A stretch of DNA of 64,000 nucleotides. It comes from the human T2T-CHM13v2.0 reference genome, Homo sapiens. Shown here in pieces: positions 14,153 through 28,415 of the stretch. The position numbers and the translations under genes are program-made. The stretch lies in the NCBI RefSeq assembly GCF_009914755.1, contig NC_060926.1. One strand, written 5' to 3'. Below the pieces are notes generated by a model, which was not told the origin of the DNA, searched no databases, and was given only the letters and a program-made list of their open reading frames with translations. Positions within the stretch are counted from its first letter, which is position 1, and each line of letters starts with the position of its first letter.

Positions 14153-15607
14153 CTATAATGAATTTTTATGAACTGAGTTCATGGCAGTAGAAATGCTGAT
14201 TTTATTCATAGTTATTTACCTACATTGCCATTCAGTCATAAGCTCTGCCTGCCTGTTCTTTTCCTCTTTCTACTTGTGTTCTCTTTCTTCCTCAGAAGAC
14301 GAAGTTATGACACCATGAGATGAGTATTTTTTTCCCTTTTACTCACAGGCAAAAGCATAAATAAACACATTTTTTGTCATATAAAATAGTTTTAGTATAC
14401 ATGACTTTAATAAAAATGTTTGCTACTCTTCCTTTGACATTTGATTTAATTTAAATATTCACTAAGAGGTAAACTGTATGTAACAAACAAATGATAATGT
14501 CCAGAAATGTGGTTTTTTCCTTATTTTTGGACACATTTATGCCTATAGGAAGCATATTTTTCACTTTTAAATTATTTTCTAACACATTTACGTATGTATT
14601 CCAGTTATATTTTAATTGGTAGCAGTTAGTATTGAAATGTAGACAAATGGTTTTCAAACACAAATATTGCCCACTGGCAACAAAGAAAGTGCTATGTTCA
14701 AGGTGGCCCTGTTGACATATTTGTATGTGAATATATGAATAGACTGATGATTAAACTCTTTTCAGTTTGACCTCTTATTTCCAAAATAAGCTTGAAATAA
14801 AAAATTCTTTGCAAATTGCTTAGAAATTTTTACCCCAGCATTGTTTATCACCATTTCCTTCATGTGATATTAACACCAAATTGAACTCAATCTCAGGCCC
14901 TATGGGAATTATCACACATATTGTGATTAAAAGGTTACAATCAATGTGATTTTAATACATCATCAAAGGAGGCCTGAATCTCAGGATTCAAGCCATCTCA
15001 GTTTCATCCCCAAAATAATTGCAAACAGAGTGAGTCTGCAGCAGGAAGCTCAAACAACTTTATTTATCAGTACCATCTCCGTTTAATTCACTGTTAAGTG
15101 TCTTTGTTAAATAACATTGCCTCTCTGGTGCTCATCATGATCTTGGATGATTAAAAAGCATTTGGATAATATCTGTAATAAAACTAAGCTCACTGAGCTA
15201 TGTATACTACTGAGTTCCGGGGACCAAATGAGACAAAAGTTTCCAACTGTCAAATTAAGTAGAGTAAGTTAAAGGAAATTAAAATGAAACTTCTCCAGAG
15301 AGGCAATAGTTGCATTCCATTGTCATTTTCTTTTCTTTATTTTATCTTTGAAGACAGATGCTGACAGCAGTTTGTGAATAAGCATTGAAAGGTGTCTTTG
15401 GAGTAGAAATGTAGAGTACAAACACAAATCAATGTGCAGTTTTTGTTCTTATGAATTTCATCAAAAATCAATTCCCAAGCTAACTGAACTAGAGTCAACT
15501 TAATATTTTTCTTTGTTTCTGTATTTTTTTTAGCTTCAAAACAATCAATATTTACCATGTAGGTGTTTACATTGTTGAATTTATAGTATTTAATAAATAT
15601 GTTATAA

Positions 15608-15939
<332 letters not shown>

Positions 15940-16419
15940 TTTTTTGAAAGAGTAGGTATTAATTTCACTGCATGGTGTTCAGAAGGGAACATGCTTGTTT
16001 AGCCTAGAAATTCTCTAAAATCATCTTCCTAGGACTTTAGTTGAAAGACCAGAGTTTAAAACAAGTAAAGTATTTTATTCTTCTTCAGAAAAGTAAGAAT
16101 AAGATGCCAGATAAATTTTATACTTCTACTACTACTAATAGTAATAATAACAAAGAAAGACTTAAAGCAATCTCAGCAAAATTTTCCTTGCTTTACAATG
16201 TCACATTTCCCTAGAACCTGAAGGTGAGGAAGAGCAGGGTCCTAAAACAAAGTATCTTAAGATTTATGAGGGGTCTCATTTTAGAGATGGCCATTTTCTT
16301 GGAGACTGGACATGTGGGGTTATTGTATGGCAAACACAAATTATGTCATGGCAAGAACACAAACTTGAAGTCAGACCTGTTTGATATATTAATTATTTGT
16401 TAATTTTGAAAGCACTGAA

Positions 16420-16690
16420 GGACAGATCCAAATCCCAGCATGACTTTAGACTATCTTTCTGTATATGGAAAAAAATTGCTTAAACTCTCTGAGCATTTTT
16501 TTTCATTCGTGAAAAACAAGTGGGAAAATAATTCTACCCGAGGGAGTTATTTGAAGAGTAATGAACTAATTGAATAAATAAATAATAAAAATTAAATTAA
16601 AAAACACACAAACACAAAGAAGAGTAATGAACTAATGATCTTAAGACCCCTAGGATATTCCCTGAGTAGGCTCATAGCAGATATCATTTT
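16420..16690 (+). mobile_element. MIR fragment interrupted by a short A-rich insertion
   Basis: MIR core-like sequence CAAATCCCAGC...TTGCTTAAACTCTCTGAGC...TTTTCATTCGTGAAAA. Confidence 0.6.
16571..16618 (+). mobile_element. Tail-only retrotransposed insertion (48 bp)
   Basis: A-rich 48 bp between perfect 18-bp direct repeats GAAGAGTAATGAACTAAT (16553-16570 and 16619-16636). Confidence 0.8.
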
Positions 16691-17422
16691 CTTTATCATC
16701 TCCTTTTTCTGTACTTTTTTCTTTTATTCATTTTAAATTGCGTTCCTCATTCTCCAATGAAGATTAAATATTTGTCCTTAGATCTTCTGTATCAAACAAA
16801 TCAAAATGTGTATGTGATACTGCTTTACAGTGTAACATTCTATGTTGTAAAGAATTTTGAAGCAATCCTATTATTAAATAATGCAGGTGGAGAAAAGATC
16901 TAAATCAACTCAAAGATATTGCTGGGTTTGGGTCATAATTCTTTAGCACAGATTATGATGTGTGTTTGGCAAATGTCTGCATATTTTATTTTATTTTTTT
17001 ATCTCCACTCATTCTCCTATCATCAGAACCCACAGTCCATCTGCCTCTGCCGTTGAGGAGCCTAAGGCAATAGCTACAGCAATTACCTCTCGTCTCATTA
17101 TTGCCTTCTGCAATGCCACTTGGGGGACTATTTTCATGTTGGCACTGGCAGAATAGACATTTGCTTACCAAAATTTACCCAAGATATCTTCCTTATTTGT
17201 ATTCCCAAGTGTCAGTGCTTTTATTTTTGACATTAAAAAAATGCCAGTATTTCTGGAAGAAATATAAATTAAACTGATAATTTTTTCTTAGCATAAATTC
17301 ATCTATTCACAATAGGGAAGTTCATTTGAAATACATGACTTTCATGGGGAGAGGAGAGGTCTGTAACATGGAACCTGACATATATACATATGCATAACTC
17401 TTATTTAAATACATAATATACG

Positions 17423-17712
17423 GGCCGGGTGTAGTGGCTAATATCTATAATCACAGTAATTTGGAGGACTGAGACAGGAGAATTCCTTGAGGCCAGAAGT
17501 TCAAGACCAGCCTGGGCAACATAACAAGAACCCATCTCTAAAAATAATTTAAAAATTAGCCGGGCAGGGTGGTGCATTCCTGTAGTCTCAGATGGAGTGC
17601 TGCAGTAGGAAGATCACTGAGCTCAGGAGCTCCAGGTTGCAGTGAGCCAAATTATAATTTCACCACTGCACTCCAGTCTGGGTGACTGAGCAAGACCATA
17701 TGGCTAAAAAAA
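17423..17712 (+). mobile_element. AluJ
   Basis: Diverged dimer with CCTGGGCAACATA. Degenerate TSD AATACATAATATAC / AATATATGATATAC. Confidence 0.92.
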
Positions 17713-18739
17713 CTTTTCTTAATATATGATATACAAGGATGCATGTGTATACATATGTTGTGAATATATATATAATATACAGTATATATTCAGCATAATA
17801 TATTCTATCATCTATGTATCCACCTATTCATCACCTATCCGTGTGTCTCCCATTTATGTATCATCATAATGAGTATGCAAGGAAAGAACTTGTTCTAGGT
17901 CACACAGCAAGTGACCAGCAAAGGGTAGATTCTACCCTGGTTCTATTTATCTCCAAAACCTGGGATTGATACATGGTAATTCTATATTTTTTTTCAGGAA
18001 ACTTTTCCATAGTTTTTGCTTGATATATAAAACCTCAGTCTTTATAAGAGAGAGTACGAAATAAAGAGGCATTTTAATATACTCAAGTGTGGGAGTTTCC
18101 CTTCAAGTTTTAAAAGACAAGAAAGAACAAGAAACCTGGCCACAGAAGTTTATTTCCAGATGTTTGCTCTAATCTCACAACTCAAAAATAAATTTGCTTT
18201 CAGTGCCTTGGTACTGCATGATGAGCTACGTAAGACCAACTAGTTATTTTTATTGAATGTTTTCTTTAAATAAAAATGTTAAGTTTGTACATCCAAGCTG
18301 TCTTTATTTGAGTCTCTTCAACTGTTTATAAGCCACAGAACTTTTTTTTTAACTTTTTCATTACAAGAGAAAAATAATATTCAAGCAGCATTTAAAGAAT
18401 ACACAACTGGACAAATGCAACTGAAGAGTTTCCAATTATTTTCTATAAGATGATGATTCCAAGTGATGTATACTGTCAATATAAGGGCTTATGACAGTCA
18501 CTAAATTTAGTTGTTTTATAAAAGATCTCACTAAAATTTCAACTACTTGTCGAAAGTATTTTCCATCTAATCATGAAAATGCGCTGACTATGGAAGAGAA
18601 AAGAAATGTGGAACTTCACAAATATTATTATCTGAAAGATGCCAACTGGGTCAACTCTACAGTTTTTTTTTTTTAATTCTAGAGTTTGCCTTCTGTCTGC
18701 ATTGCAGAGTATATAGAGATGCATAAGTAATATAAATTC

Positions 18740-18910
18740 ACACTTTGGTTTTATAGACCTTTGTTTAAATCCTCTCAGTGTTCCATAAGTCTGTTTTTTT
18801 TTTATCAGTTCGTCTATATAGTATTGCAGTTATAATTCAGTGGAATAATCCTTACAGAGACCTTTGCACAGAATCTGATACTTAGTACTCAACAACATTT
18901 ATTGGTGATA
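18740..18910 (+). mobile_element. MIR fragment
   Basis: AGACCTTTGTTTAAATCC...GCACAGAATCTGATACTTAGTACTCAACAA resembles the MIR core and 3' end. Confidence 0.5.
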
Positions 18911-21522
18911 ATGGTGATGATGATGATAAATGATAGAGGATAATAATGATGGCAGCTACTTTGGAGTTGGTTGTAATCTAGGGCCAGAGCCCAGTAAGAT
19001 TACAATCCCTATATTTACAGTGACTCTAGTTTATTGTTTCTTAAAGAGGGATAATTCAAGGCAGATGTCTACCTTGAGTGTTTTAGATTAAATCCAGGAC
19101 TGCAACTGGCCATAGATGGGAATCAGTAAAGACCCACCAGTTTTGACTGTAAAAATTGAACTGATTTTAATTTTCATTGCCCAAGTCAGATATGTGTTCA
19201 AATCAGGTTTAGAAACTCCATTTAAAATACTTCATACATGTAAAGCCTCATTCCAGGCATTATAAATATAAACTAAAACAACAGCTATTGACTTTGAAGA
19301 GATTCTGCCTAGATCAACAAACTAAAACTTACAAGGAGGTGTTTTCAATTGTTCCACATGAGAACACTTAAAGGTTAGAAATGATAAACAGTTCGACTTT
19401 GAATATGAGAAAAATCCAAACAGCCAATAAAAATTTGAATTTGCTTTTACAAACTAATAAAATATGTTAGGAATTTGTGATATTTGCCATTTCTAGTGCT
19501 GGCTATTCAAACTGTGAGTTTGACCTCCTTGACTCAACCAGTTTCAACTTCTTGACATCTTCCATTATTTAAAATACACTGAGCACATTTTTCATCCATA
19601 AAAAATTATCTTAGAAAATAAAAATCATTGATTTGTTCCTTAAATACATTCTGATCTTCTTTTCTTTGTGGAATTATTATTCCAAATGGTTTTAATAATG
19701 TGGAAGATGCATGTAACGCTCAATCCTAGGAGAATTTTGAGTATCGGTATTGAGACTGGCGGATGGAGTCAAACACAGCCTGACAACACGGAAAGAGAAA
19801 AGAAGTTACAACCTGAAGCTTCTGGAATATTAAGCATATTTTCATCTTATTTGGAATGAAATATAAGCCTAGCTCTTCTATTAGATAAATTTGCCTCCTT
19901 AATCCTTGTAGCTTTCATATGATACCGAAATTTAATTTAAAATTATAATGGCAGAATTTTATTGGCCATTTCAAAGCAATCTCAAATTAGTTCCCTTAAA
20001 CCACAATAGAACTTCAAGAACACTTATCCTTAAACACCTTACTATTCTATCCTTTGATACCAATAGTGTAATCACCCAATTATCCAATATCATAGTATTA
20101 TCTAATGACAGCCATCTCTGAAGGTTTTGGTATTCTTCACAAATCTGTTACTATGAACTACCTCAGACTTAGGAACAAATTGTTTCATCCCATCTGGCAT
20201 TGTTTTCCTTTACTGCAGAAAAAAATACAATTAACCTCATTCGTATTGTTTTACCTGTAATGTTAAAAGCATTCTACATATTATAATTCCAAAACATGTG
20301 CTTAATTACTTAATTAGAGACTTGAGAACTGCAGTAGTTAGTTAACAGGAAGGCAAAGAGAGAAAAAAGCATGAGAAGATGAGAAGGTTCAGTGAAATAT
20401 TCCCACACTTGTGTGAAATTATTTTGCATTATCTTTTTTTGTCAAGTAGTTTACTTACATGAGAGAGAAATGAGAATTTGACTGTAGTTAAAGTAGGAAT
20501 AAAAAAACTCCACCACTACTAGAATTTTAAAGCATGTGTAAATGACTTGTGGTTTATCTGACATGATACCAGGTAAGATGTCTGGCCCTCCAGCCTTGTA
20601 GAAGGCAAGTTTCAAAGGTAGGATTTCAAAAGGGAATGATAATTCAACAAGGAAATACAAAACAGTGTTTACAATTAGGTAAAGTTTTTTTTTTGGTAGT
20701 TTTTTTTGTATTATTATGAAGCTTGTAAGTAAATATTACTCTGTTCAGGACATATGGAGACACTTGCCACTCTGCACATGCTCAGAGCAACAAAGAATCA
20801 GTGTTACCTGGAGTTTATAGGAGATTCAGGCTCTTCAACACCACTTAGAATTACTCAAGCCCACATTTTAATAAGCTAATTAGTTTACATATTAACAATT
20901 AAGAGCACTTGAGTGAACTTTGTATCTCCTTCCCAATTTATTTGTTTTTGGATTAAGATGTCACACATATTGCAAAATGATTAAATAATTAACATTCCAG
21001 CACTACAGCATAACATTTATGACATTTATTTTTCTTGCTAATAAGGAGCTCTCCTTACTATCCCAAACCAAACAAACTCATTTGTTTTATTTCACTGTAG
21101 AAGAGAAGAAATGAAATGGAATAAAATCACTAAGTTGAGTGTTCATAAGCTAGATACTTCACAGTAAATGAAAAAGTATAACATCAAAGGGAAAAATATA
21201 AATTTTCATTTAAATTAACTCATTTATTTGTTTGTTTATTCAGAATGTTCTTAAATTTCGTATTATCTTTTTGGATATTTTTTTCTCTTCATATGAATTT
21301 TTTAGTAAATCTTTTAGCACAGGTTTGAGTCACATGTCCTCATGCTTTATTTTTCAAAAGAATTACTAACATTCTTGAATGATAGTTTACGTGGATATAT
21401 TTTCTGAATCAGTTTAAGAATATGTTCCCATTATCTATCAAATGCTTTGGAGTTATTGAAAGAGCAATTTAGTTATTCTTCCCTTTGGGGAAACATATCT
21501 TTCCTCTTTAAAAAAAAGTTTT

Positions 21523-21782
21523 AGCTAGGCACTGTGTCTCAGGCCTGTAATCTCAGCAATTTAGGAGTCCAAGGCAGGCAGATCACTTGAGGTCAGGAGT
21601 TCAAGATCAGCCTGGCCAACATGGAGACACCCTTTCTCTACTAAAATTACAAAAATTAGCCAGGCGTGGTGGCTCTTGCCTGCAATCCTAGCTACTCAGC
21701 AGGCTGAGGCAGGAGAATCGCTTGAACCCAGGAGGTGGGGGTTGCAGGAAGGTCATGCCACTTTACTCCAGCCTGGGTGACA
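21523..21782 (+). mobile_element. AluS lacking its 3' end, tail and right TSD
   Basis: Alu sequence stops at CCTGGGTGACA and runs straight into unique DNA. Confidence 0.93.
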
Positions 21783-22423
21783 TTTGGGATGAGCTTATCC
21801 TGTTCCCCTCCTCTCCAGACCTGCAAGAGAATGCACCATCACTGTATATAAGCACACAGCTAAAAATACCACAAGGCAAATATACACACACCATATCAGA
21901 AAAATGAATAAAGCAGGTAGATGAGATCTACTGAAGACATCATTGGAGAAAACAAATCACTCTTAATGTTTGCATAACTACTCAGTTCTTCCATTGAGCT
22001 TTAATCATTTAAAGATGCACATTCTAAAAAGAAAAAACACATTAGCAGATAGTAGTAATGAATGACCTGACAAAAGAGGTGACCAATATTGAAAGAATGA
22101 CATGATAAAATCAAAGACCCACACAAGAGTGTGTGCAAAATATGAACTATAAGAGGAATAACCTAGACAGGTCCAGATTATAGAACATGTTTTCTGGCTA
22201 AATATTAAAGCAAGTAAACAAACATTAAAGGGTTAATATCAATTATAAATAACATGTTATAGATTTCAGTGCTGTAGATTTATAGATTACAATTTGTTGA
22301 TCAACAGTATATAAAATAAATTTAATTTACTTAAAGTATTTTTTGTTTATCAATTCTTCAGTTGAAAAAAAATCCCCAATAATGTTTTAGATATATGTAT
22401 GTGTGTGGGGGGGTTTGTGCATG
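21779..22423 (+). repeat. Unique-sequence segment duplicated in inverted orientation at 55566-56202
   Basis: Reverse-complement match by eye, about 9 mismatches in the first ~190 bp. ORFs 21722..21907 and 56074..56295 share ILFPSSPDLQEN.PSLYISTQLKIPQGKYTH.ISEK. Confidence 0.97.
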
Positions 22424-23797
22424 CCCATGCATGCACAGGTGCATGTGTGTATGCAGGTGAGTGTGTGTGGGGGGGTGGTCTGTGCAAACCATACCTTTTT
22501 CAGCAAAGATAATAGTGAATAAAGGGAACATCAGTTTATATCAAATATTTCAATGTGTTATCTTGTCAGGGCTTATTATATCTTGTCCTTAGGCATGTTA
22601 CGTTCTGTAGTCACTAGGTTTAAGTCATGACATCCATATTTAGCAAATATGTGCATGCCATAATAAAGATGTTCAGTGAACCTAAGAGTAACATACAGTA
22701 GGAGCAGTTGGTAAGGAATGGAGAAGAAAATTTATCATTCAAACTTGAGCAACAAAATTCTGAGACATCGGTGAAAATTAAACTAAACTGTTAGTACAAT
22801 GCAGAAAGTTTTTAACTAAGATCTCTGCATAAAGTATCTATACTTAGATTAATATAAATTGGAAAATTATTTAACAAAGAGAGATATAAAACTGTAATTT
22901 TCTCTTAAAGATCACCTTTAACTGTTAGATAAATATCACCTCTGTCACAAGAAGCAGATGAGTTTTCAAACTGATGAGGTATCAAGGAATTTGCAAATTT
23001 AAGAGAAGAAAGGTGCGATGTAATTGTCAACCTTAGTTAATGGAAAGCTACTACTTTTCTAGGCAGCAGCCTTAACACTGTGTTCTGTTATTAATGGTAG
23101 AAAAGGGCCTTCGTATGTATTTTATTATTGAAGAACTACAGAAAACATAGACCTTAATTATTCAGCAGCCTTAGGGGCAACCTACAATGTTAAGATAAAA
23201 GTAAACTTCTATCCACTGCAAGCCTGAATCCAGCAAAATGAGGGAACAAATCATATCTTTATTTCATTTGTATGTTGCAAAATGTGCCTGGGAAAGGATC
23301 TAAGAAAGAGCATTATAGTCAGAACCTTGCTGTAGGGTGATTTTCAATGAAGGAACAAATTAGACTTTAATGTATCACATGACATTGTACTAAGGCTTAA
23401 AAGTTAGAGTGCCACTTAGGACTTGATTCCCTCACTGGGTCTATCCCAAGGGAATTTGTTAAAACAGGTTCCGAATAGGAATCAATGTAAGGTACATATG
23501 AGCCAATCTTGCCTCAAGAATCCTAACAGACAGAACATTTCCAATTATTATCTTTTTTCATTTCTTCAGCATAAGGAAGTCAATTTGTGAGATTACCAGG
23601 ACAGAAAATGGTGATTCTACTATAGAACATTTGCAATAAAGATAGACCTCCGTAGGCACTTGAATGCCTAGAATTTGGTTTCTTCTCAAGCCACAATGTA
23701 CAGATGTAGTTAACGTGATAGTTAACATGACCTGAAAATCAGAGAAACTGACTTTTATTCCCTATTTGTTACTGGATACATATGTGGCTTTGGGCCA

Positions 23798-24113
23798 CTG
23801 TTATCAAACAGAAATAAAATGTGAGCCACAAAGGCAAACTTCTATATAATTTTAAATTTTCTAATAAACATATATAACAAGTAAGTAGAAAGAGTTGAAA
23901 TTAATTTCAATACTATATTTGATTTAAGTCAATTTATCCAAAATATTATTTATCATGTAATCTACACAAAAATTTTGAGATATTTTACATCTTTTTATTA
24001 ATCATCTGAAATTAAATATTTTTTTATTTACAGAGCATCAGATTTCTAACTAGCCACATTTTAATTGCTCAATAGCAATATGTGGCTACTATCTTCTGTA
24101 GTAGACAGCTTAG
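23798..24113. mobile_element. MER33-like hAT-Charlie DNA transposon
   Basis: AGAAATAAAATGTGAGCCAC...CTAGCCACATTTTAATTGCTCAATAGCAATATGTGGCTA...GACAGC, about 320 bp. Confidence 0.8.
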
Positions 24114-24679
24114 TTTCAGACAAATATTTTCAGGGGTTTTGTTATGTCTTAGTCATAAACAACATTGAAATAAATAACAGTATAGACATTTTCTCAAGTC
24201 ATATGGTTGAATAATCAAAACAAGAGTAGGAGACAGTACTGAGAGAGAAAGAGAGAGAAAAAAACACAATATTTGAATGAACAGTTATTCCCAGTATAAA
24301 CTTGAGCTTATAATGTGGAAGTGAGGTAGAACAGATTTGGAATGGCAATTGACTGACGTTCCAATGTATTAAGAAGAAAAGTTTAAAAAATCAAACAAAC
24401 GAAAAACTGGAACACATTAAGTAGCAAGTGGCCATGATAGTGCAAAAATTATATTATGGAACAAAATGGAAGGCACTAGCAACATTTAACCTGTAGAGAA
24501 AAATGTAATTAGGAGAAGCAATAACTGTCTTTAAATAAAGATTGGAAAGACAGTTGCAGATAAAAGTTGAGCTTTTTCTAGATAAACTGAAAAGACATAA
24601 GTGTAAGGTAGAACTGACAGACCAAAAAGACATAACTGAAAGATATAACTGACAGGCCAAATATGGTCATTTTATTTGT

Positions 24680-24770
24680 ACATTAATTCAGCAAGCACAT
24701 ATTGAACATCTAGTATGTACAACTCAACATGCAGACTGCTATGGTGCAAATATGAATAAGACAGAGAAGT
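24680..24770 (-). mobile_element. L2 3'-end fragment
   Basis: ATTCAGCAAGCACATATTGAACATCTAGTATGT...ATGAATAAGACAG. Confidence 0.6.
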
Positions 24771-27411
24771 AAATTAAAATAAAATTATTAATCTCATGAA
24801 TGTATGATTCTAGTTCATCAAGAGAAATTTTTGTGTTGGATAGAGTCAAAATCTATCTGAAGGCAAATAAATTTATTATGTTACTTCTCCCTTTCCTACA
24901 TTATCTAGCCTTCAATCATAGAAAGAAATTTAAAATAGCTTGTAAAATATACTTTTCACAGATCTATGATGACTGTTCCATGGCACTGATGCTTTACTAC
25001 AAGGATATATATACATTGATGGATATTTTCAAGAGGGTTATCCTAAAATATGTATATTATAATTGTAAATTTTGTCGCCTTACATCTCTAGCAAAAGATT
25101 ATCCTCTTCAAACACTTGTAATAAGCTACTATATAACTGGATTCTCAAGAAAGACTTTATACACATTGGGCAGTGGTGGAGATGTGGAAGGTGAACTTGT
25201 AGTATGGAATTTTCTAGATTTATGGTCTGACATGAGCTAGAAAGCTTCAAAGATGTTGTATCATCAACTTTTTTATATTTCAACAACTAACAATAAAATG
25301 AAGACTACTACAGGGCAGTGTAGTATTATTTGATGATATAAGACAATAAACTATACTGGACATCTCTTTTCCAATAATTTCTGAACTACTCTAATTTTTA
25401 TCATTGTAAAGTAAGATTTTCAACTTATGATATCTATTGGCATTCCATGTGTTTTGACAAGTTTATTTACACTAAGTCATATTCCTAATGCATTTCTTAA
25501 AGAATTGGATTTATTTTTTAATCTGCATTGGATAACATTCTCATTACTGGCATATTCTTGTTCGCATTCTTAATCAAATTATTTATAGGTTCAAGGTAGC
25601 TGGACAAATTATTTTTTAATGTTGGTGTTATTAAATATCAACCTGAAAAACTATCCAATTGAACTGTGAACTACAACCTTTCCACTCCACCTACCCAAAC
25701 CTAGATAAGTGCATTAATAGTATCCAAAGGAGGGGCAAAGCAAGATAGAAGAATAGAATCATCCCCCCATTCAAGGAGAATATCTACACACAAAAAAGTA
25801 CTTTTATAAGAGCCAAAAATCAGGTGGGCACACACAGTACCTGGTATTAACTTCATATTGTTCATATCGCTAAAATAGACACTGAAGAGGTAGAAAAAAC
25901 AGTTTTGAATCACTGAAGCCACCCCTCCCCCATCCCTTGATAGTGACAGCATGGTGCAGAGAGTGATTCTGAATGCTGAGGTGAGGGAAAGCCAACAATT
26001 ATGAGGCATTATTCTCAGGGCTGCCCTTGTTATAGCAGAAAGCAAAACTGGACTAAACTCAGCTGATGCTTGCCCACAGAGGGAGCATTTAAACCAGCCC
26101 TAGCCAGAGGGCAAACACCATTCCCAGCAGTCAGAACTTGAGTTCTTGAAAGCCTTGCTACCATGTACTAATGTGCTCTGGGGCCCCAAGTGAAGTTGAA
26201 AAGCAGTCTTGGCCACAAGGACTGCAAATCCTAGGCAAGTCCTAGTGCTAAACTGGTCCCAGAGCCAGTGGACTGGGGGCCACGTGACCTATGGAGATAC
26301 AAGCAGAAGCAGCTAAGGGAGTGCTGGCATCAACTCTCCCCTAACCCCAGGCTGCAGATCTCATGGTCCCAAAAGAGATCTCTTCCTTCTTCTTGAGGAG
26401 AGGAGATAGAAGATTTGGAAGGACTTTGCCTCGCTGCTTGGACACCAACTCAGCTGTAGTAGAAATAGGGCACTGGTCAGAGCCATGGGAAACCACTATC
26501 CAGGCACTAGCTAACAGACAACTTTTCTAGACTCATAGTGGGCCAGAGGGGAACCACATACCTTCGATAGAAGAACCCAGTTTGGCAAGGCTTCATCACC
26601 TGCTAGCTGAAGATCCCTTGGTCCCTCAATAACAAGCAGTGATCCCAGGTACAACATCAAGAGCCTTGGGTGAGACTATGAGATTTCCTGGCTTCAGGTG
26701 AGACTCAGCACATTCCCAACTGCAGTGGTTGCAGTGAGAGACTCCTGCTTCAGAAAAGTGGAGGGAAAAGTAAAGGGGAATTTGTCTTACACCTTGTGGA
26801 CCACCTCAGCCACAGGGGTGCAGAGCACCACATGGGGTCTTTGGGTCTCCAATTCCAGGCCTTGACTCTTGGACAACATTTCTGGATGTGGCCTTTCCAG
26901 AGGCGAGCCCTCTGCCCCGACAGGTGAGACACAGAACAGGCAGCCTTCACTACAGGCTGACTGAAGAATCCTTGGGTCTCAAGGGAACATTGGTGGTAGT
27001 CGGGCTGTACTCTCCCATGGATCTTAACAGGCAGCAGTCAAGGAGTGCAGGAAAGACTGGGAAGGACTGCATCTTGTGGTTTGAATGCTAGCTCAGCTGC
27101 AGTACAATAGAGCACCAGGTAGACTTCTAAGGTTTATTACTCTAGTCCCTGGCTCCCAGACAGCACCTCTGGACCTGCCTGGGGACTGTGGGAACTTGCT
27201 GCCCTGAAGCAAAGGACATAGGCCTGGCTGGCTTTGCCACTTCCTGATTATAGAGCTGCATGGTTTTGAGCAACATAGGTGGTAGCCAGAAAGTGGTTAG
27301 AGCAGGCCCTGAGCCAGACCCAGTACTGTGTTGGTCTGACCCTCTGCAGTCTTAGAGGTGGTAGCCACAGGGGTGCTTGTGTCAGTCCAACCCTAGCTCC
27401 AGGTAGCTTAG

Positions 27412-27414
<3 letters not shown>

Positions 27415-27449
<35 letters not shown>
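27415..27449. repeat. (AG)n microsatellite in the L1 5'UTR
   Basis: Read directly from the sequence. Confidence 0.95.
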
Positions 27450-27451
<2 letters not shown>

Positions 27452-28091
27452 CCCCTCTTGTTTGAGAAACAGTAAGGGAAGAAAACAAGTTTCTGCCTGG
27501 CAATCCAGATAATTCTTCCATATCTTGTTGAAGACCATCAAGGCGGTTCATCTATGAGTATTCAAAAAGCACAGGCTTACTGGGCTTGGGGTCCCTGGTA
27601 AAGAAGATACAGCTTAGATCACAACACTCAAGTTTTTTGAATACACAAAAAGTCTTCCCAAGAGTGATGGGTACTAACAGGCCCAGACTGTGAAGACTAC
27701 AATAAATACTCTTTAATGCTTATACACAGATGAACTTCTATAAGTATTAAGACCATCCAAGAAAACATAACCTTACCAAATGAACTAAATAAGGAACCAG
27801 GTACCAATCCTGGGGAAACAGAGGTATGTGACTTTTCAGATAGAGAATTCAAAATAGCTGTTTTGAGGAAACTCAAAGAAATTCAAAGTAAAACAGAGAA
27901 GGAATTCAGAATTCTATCAAATAAATGTAAGAAAGGCATTGAAATAATTTAAAAGAATTAAGCACAAGTTCTAGAGCTAAAAAATATAATTGGCATACTG
28001 AAGAATGCATCGGAGTCATCTAACAGCCAAAATGATCAAGAGGAAGAAATAGTGAGCTTGAAGATGGGCTATTTGAAAATGCATAATCAGA

Positions 28092-28415
28092 GACCAGGCA
28101 TAGTGGCTCATGCCTGTAATCTCAGCACTTTGGGAGGTCAAGGTGGGCAGATCTCTTGAGCCCAACAGTTTGAGATCAGCCTGAGCATCATGGTGAGACC
28201 CTGTCTCTAGTAAAATTACAAAAAAAAAAAAAAAATGAGTTTGGCTTGGTGGCATGCACCTGTAATCCCAGCTATTCAGGAGGCTGAGGTGGGAGAATCA
28301 CCTGAGCCAAGGAGGTCAAGGATACAATGAGCCATGATTATGCCATTGCACTCTAGCCTGAGCAATGTGAGTGAGACATTGTCTCGGGAAACAAACAAAC
28401 AAAAACAAAATAAAT
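28092..28415 (+). mobile_element. AluJ inserted in L1 ORF1
   Basis: Diverged dimer with J-type GAGCCC and GGTCAAGG. Degenerate TSD AAATGCATAATCAGA / AAATACACGGTCAGA. Confidence 0.92.

Noticed and set aside
21722-21907. Paralogous small protein shared with ORF 56074..56295
   Set aside because: The shared peptide simply reflects the DNA duplication. The N-termini differ (one starts in an Alu at a non-ATG codon) and no domain is recognisable.
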